DNA of 32,000 bases from Mycobacterium tuberculosis H37Rv (GTDB lineage Bacteria; Actinomycetota; Actinomycetes; Mycobacteriales; Mycobacteriaceae): assembly GCF_000195955.2 (NCBI RefSeq), contig NC_000962.3, positions 2,550,001 through 2,582,000 on the forward strand, given 5' to 3'. Positions 29,504 through 32,000 of the stretch are shown here, piece by piece (position 1 is the first letter of the stretch; every line of letters begins with the position of its first letter). A program made the translations under genes and the position numbers. The notes under the pieces are model-generated. The model saw nothing but the letters and a program-made list of their open reading frames with translations, searched no databases and had not been told where the DNA came from.

Positions 29504-29836
29504 TCATGCGCCCCCTCCGCAAGAGCCGGGAGCGGCTAATGGTGGCACCGGGCTACCATCGTCAATAACACACGACAAGGTAAGCGTCGTACCAACAAAC
29601 GGCGCTGGTACCCGCACTTGATGCCAATAGCTGCCGTCTGGATATCTGATTCCGTCACAATATCCCCACCCGGTAATCCCACCAAAGCCACCGCCAGGGC
29701 AATATCCCATCGCACTATTCGGCATGTGCGGATCTTGTCCCGGCGGTGGCGCGGGTTCGGCGTTGGCAGAAACCATAGAAAATTCAACTGCCATAGTCAA
29801 TGTACCGATTGCGATAGCAATACTATTTTTATACAT
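29504..29836 (-). CDS. Small secreted Gly/Pro/Cys-containing protein
   Basis: MYKNSIAIAIGTLTMAVEFSMVSANAEPAPPPGQDPHMPNSAMGYCPGGGFGGITGWGYCDGIRYPDGSYWHQVRVPAPFVGTTLTLSCVIDDGSPVPPLAAPGSCGGGA. Signal peptide plus Cys-containing mature domain, mycobacterial exported type. Confidence 0.75.
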   Translation of the reverse strand: MYKNSIAIAIGTLTMAVEFSMVSANAEPAPPPGQDPHMPNSAMGYCPGGGFGGITGWGYCDGIRYPDGSYWHQVRVPAPFVGTTLTLSCVIDDGSPVPPLAAPGSCGGGA

Positions 29837-30418
29837 TTTCTCAACACCTGAATTCATTCGTGTGGGGAATGCAGCCTTTTGGCCCCCACATGCCCGGTGT
29901 CCCATCGCTGGCGGGCCAGTAGGGACTTCTTCCACGGCCGGAAGATCATTGCGCGTTGGTTGTGCGAGCGGGCGGCTGACGGCTTCGCATAATGGCGTGG
30001 ACGGGCTGTCATCGTTGTCCCTCAGCGCTACAACAAGTCAGGGAAACTCTTCACAGGCGGTGCCGTCGTCGCCGTGGTCGAGGCCAAGACGGTAACCCGG
30101 CTCACCCCATAGAGCGGGGCCACCCCCGCGTCCCGCCTTGCAGTTCTGGTAGTACCGGAACCACGCGGGTATCGGCGTTGGGGCTGCATGAGCCACAGGT
30201 GGCGCCACATCGCCGACCGCGATCACAGCTGCGAGGACCGGTGGACGCTGCATGATGAGCCCTACGTGTAGTACCAGACGGCTTTGGTTGTGACTGGCTG
30301 GTCAGTCGCGTAAACCGTGGACCTGGCTACTGCTGAAAGTACCATGACGCGGGGCAACGAAACAGCAGCAACGTCGACAGACAGCGGAACTGTCGGCTAC
30401 CGCCGATAACGTTGTGTC

Positions 30419-31135
30419 ATGCGTGCGGACATGTCCGTCACCTCGATGCTCGACCGAGAGGTCTACGTATACGCCGAGGTCGATAAGCTGATCGGCCTCC
30501 CCGCCGGCACCGCGAAGCGGTGGATCAACGGCTACGAGCGTGGCGGCAAAGATCACCCGCCGATCCTCCGCGTCACGCCGGGAGCTACGCCGTGGGTTAC
30601 GTGGGGCGAGTTCGTCGAGACTCGCATGCTTGCTGAATACCGCGACCGCCGGAAAGTGCCAATAGTGCGGCAGCGCGCAGCGATTGAAGAACTGCGTGCG
30701 CGGTTCAATCTCCGATACCCGCTGGCACATCTGCGGCCGTTCTTGTCAACGCACGAGCGGGATCTGACGATGGGCGGCGAGGAGATTGGTCTGCCGGATG
30801 CGGAAGTGACGATCCGTACTGGGCAAGCGTTGCTTGGTGATGCCCGGTGGCTCGCCAGCATCGCGACACCCGGTCGGGATGAGGTTGGCGAAGCCGTGAT
30901 CGTCGAACTGCCCGTCGACAAGGCCTTTCCCGAAATCGTCATCAACCCAAGCCGATATAGCGGGCAGCCCACGTTCGTTGGGCGTCGTGTGTCGCCGGTG
31001 ACGATCGCCCAAATGGTAGACGGCGGTGAGGAACGCGAGGACCTGGCCGCCGACTACGGTCTCAGCCTGAAGCAGATTCAAGACGCAATCGACTACACCA
31101 AGAAGTACCGGCTGGCCCGACTGGTGGCGGCATAA
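30419..31135 (+). CDS. DUF433-domain antitoxin-like DNA-binding protein (Rv2308)
   Basis: 238-aa ORF. N-terminal MerR/HTH-like [28 protein letters not shown]; C-terminal DUF433-like [59 protein letters not shown]. Confidence 0.88.
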   Translation: MRADMSVTSMLDREVYVYAEVDKLIGLPAGTAKRWINGYERGGKDHPPILRVTPGATPWVTWGEFVETRMLAEYRDRRKVPIVRQRAAIEELRARFNLRYPLAHLRPFLSTHERDLTMGGEEIGLPDAEVTIRTGQALLGDARWLASIATPGRDEVGEAVIVELPVDKAFPEIVINPSRYSGQPTFVGRRVSPVTIAQMVDGGEEREDLAADYGLSLKQIQDAIDYTKKYRLARLVAA

Positions 31136-31144
31136 GGCCCGGCG

Positions 31145-31637
31145 ATGCTCGAAGTCGACAAAGTCACCCATGTTGTCGATGAAAACCTGCTTCGGCTTGG
31201 TGTGGCCTTGTCGCCGTCAGAAAAGACACGGCCCGGTTTGGCCGCCCGCCCGTCGACGACCTGCTACCGCAAGGCATCCTCGACACCGACTGGATCCCCA
31301 TCGTCGGGGGTCGGGTGGGTGGTCATCAGCAACGACAGGCATCTCCGGACGCGGCCAGTGGAGGCCGAGCTGGCGGTCGCCCACAAGCTCAAAGTCGTGC
31401 ACTTGCATGGCCGTGTGGGCGGACTAGTCCGCGTGGGCACAGCTGACGCGGCTGGCTGCGCGGTGGCCGGCCATTGAGCACCAATATGAGAAGGCACCGG
31501 AAGGGCCTTGGTGGTTGTCGGTGCGGAGGAGCAGGACCGCCGTAATGGAGTTCGCGCCCGGCGCCGTCGACACCATAGCGTCGGACAACATGGCTGCCCA
31601 AAATGTCCACGATACGGCTGTGAAGACCTCGAGGTGA
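31145..31637 (+). pseudogene. Frameshift-decayed PIN-like toxin partner of the DUF433 protein
   Basis: Reconstructed across three frames: VTHVVDENLLRLGVALS / AVRKDTARFGRPPVDDLLPQGILDTDWIPIVG / GWVVISNDRHLRTRPVEAELAVAHKLKVVHLHGRVGGL / SAWAQLTRLAARWPAIEHQYEKAPEGPWWLSVRRSRTAVMEFAPGAVDTIASDNMAAQNVHDTAVKTSR*. Confidence 0.75.
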
Positions 31638-31763
31638 TGGCCGAAAGGTGACCACCTCGCAGTGGTAGGACGACAGCGACCCGATCGAAGGCAATGCCGC
31701 CGCATCGAGCGCGACTTTGGGCATGACAGGATTTCGAGTAAGCGCATCAACGTGTCCGAAATG

Positions 31764-31837
31764 TGGGGCGGGCGGGGCTCGAACCCGCGACCAACGGATT
31801 ATGAGTCCGCGGCTCTAACCAACTGAGCTACCGCCCC
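31764..31837 (-). tRNA. metV: tRNA with CAU anticodon (probably elongator tRNA-Met)
   Basis: Minus strand GGGGCGGTAGCTCAGTTGGTTAGAGCCGCGGACTCATAATCCGTTGGTCGCGGGTTCGAGCCCCGCCCGCCCCA folds as a cloverleaf: acceptor GGGGCGG/CCGCCCC, T arm GCGGG-TTCGAGC-CCCGC, loop CTCATAA. CCA is not encoded. The gene symbol is from recall. Confidence 0.93.
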
Positions 31838-31842
31838 TTGTG

Positions 31843-32000
31843 CTAACTAGCTGCAGATATGTTCTCCACCGCGACTGAATCAGGGTCGGAATACCGCAGT
31901 GATGCCGCAGCACTCTTGATGGCCTGCACAAGCAAACCTGCCACGCCCGCCAGGTCGTCGCTGAGCAGGTGGCCATGGCGGTCCAAGGTCATGGCCGCTG
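31843..32000 (-). CDS. C-terminus of a tyrosine (phage-type) integrase, partial at window edge (Rv2309c-like)
   Basis: Reverse frame ending at 31843 reads AAMTLDRHGHLLSDDLAGVAGLLVQAIKSAAASLRYSDPDSVAVENISAAS*. MTLDRHGHLLSDDL is typical of mycobacteriophage-type integrase C-termini. Confidence 0.75.
   Translation of the reverse strand, partial: AAMTLDRHGHLLSDDLAGVAGLLVQAIKSAAASLRYSDPDSVAVENISAAS

Noticed and set aside
30302-30730. 142-aa minus-strand ORF overlapping the Rv2308 5' end
   Set aside because: Overlaps the better supported DUF433 protein, with no motif and no plausible start context.
31389-31724. 111-aa minus-strand ORF overlapping the toxin relic
   Set aside because: The plus-strand frame encodes the PIN-like C-terminal segment; the minus-strand sequence shows no coherent family features.

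Overview
This 32 kb window is high-GC mycobacterial DNA. From recalled gene order and protein sequences I recognise it as the Mycobacterium tuberculosis complex region of about Rv2278 to Rv2309c. No database was queried, so all locus tags are from memory. Contents in order: a complete IS6110 (14..1368, 28-bp imperfect inverted repeats, 3-bp CCG target duplication, -1 frameshift transposase); an FAD-linked oxidase (Rv2280); pitB; a LysR regulator; lipM; a WS/DGAT-like acyltransferase (Rv2285); a DsbA-like oxidoreductase; a Na+/H+ antiporter; cdh; lppO; sseB; a nucleoside phosphorylase-like gene split by a frameshift (Rv2293c/Rv2292c); a PLP aminotransferase/C-S lyase; a CbrC-like protein; haloalkane dehalogenase; an aldo/keto reductase; htpG; an MBL-fold hydrolase; cut2; a DUF1918 protein; an amidohydrolase; a condensation/acyltransferase-like protein (Rv2305); a frameshifted TVP38/TMEM64-type membrane protein (Rv2306A/B); an alpha/beta hydrolase; several small secreted proteins; a DUF433-type antitoxin-like gene (Rv2308) followed by a multiply frameshifted PIN-like toxin relic; a CAU-anticodon tRNA; and the C-terminus of a tyrosine integrase. 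No CRISPR array or clearly new complete system is visible. The most useful observations are the decayed toxin-antitoxin pair beside the tRNA/integrase junction, an apparently IS6110-truncated Cys-rich ORF, a small secreted protein with a (GGP)n tail, two split genes, a very strong 75-nt terminator-like hairpin, and a perfect palindrome in front of the LysR gene.
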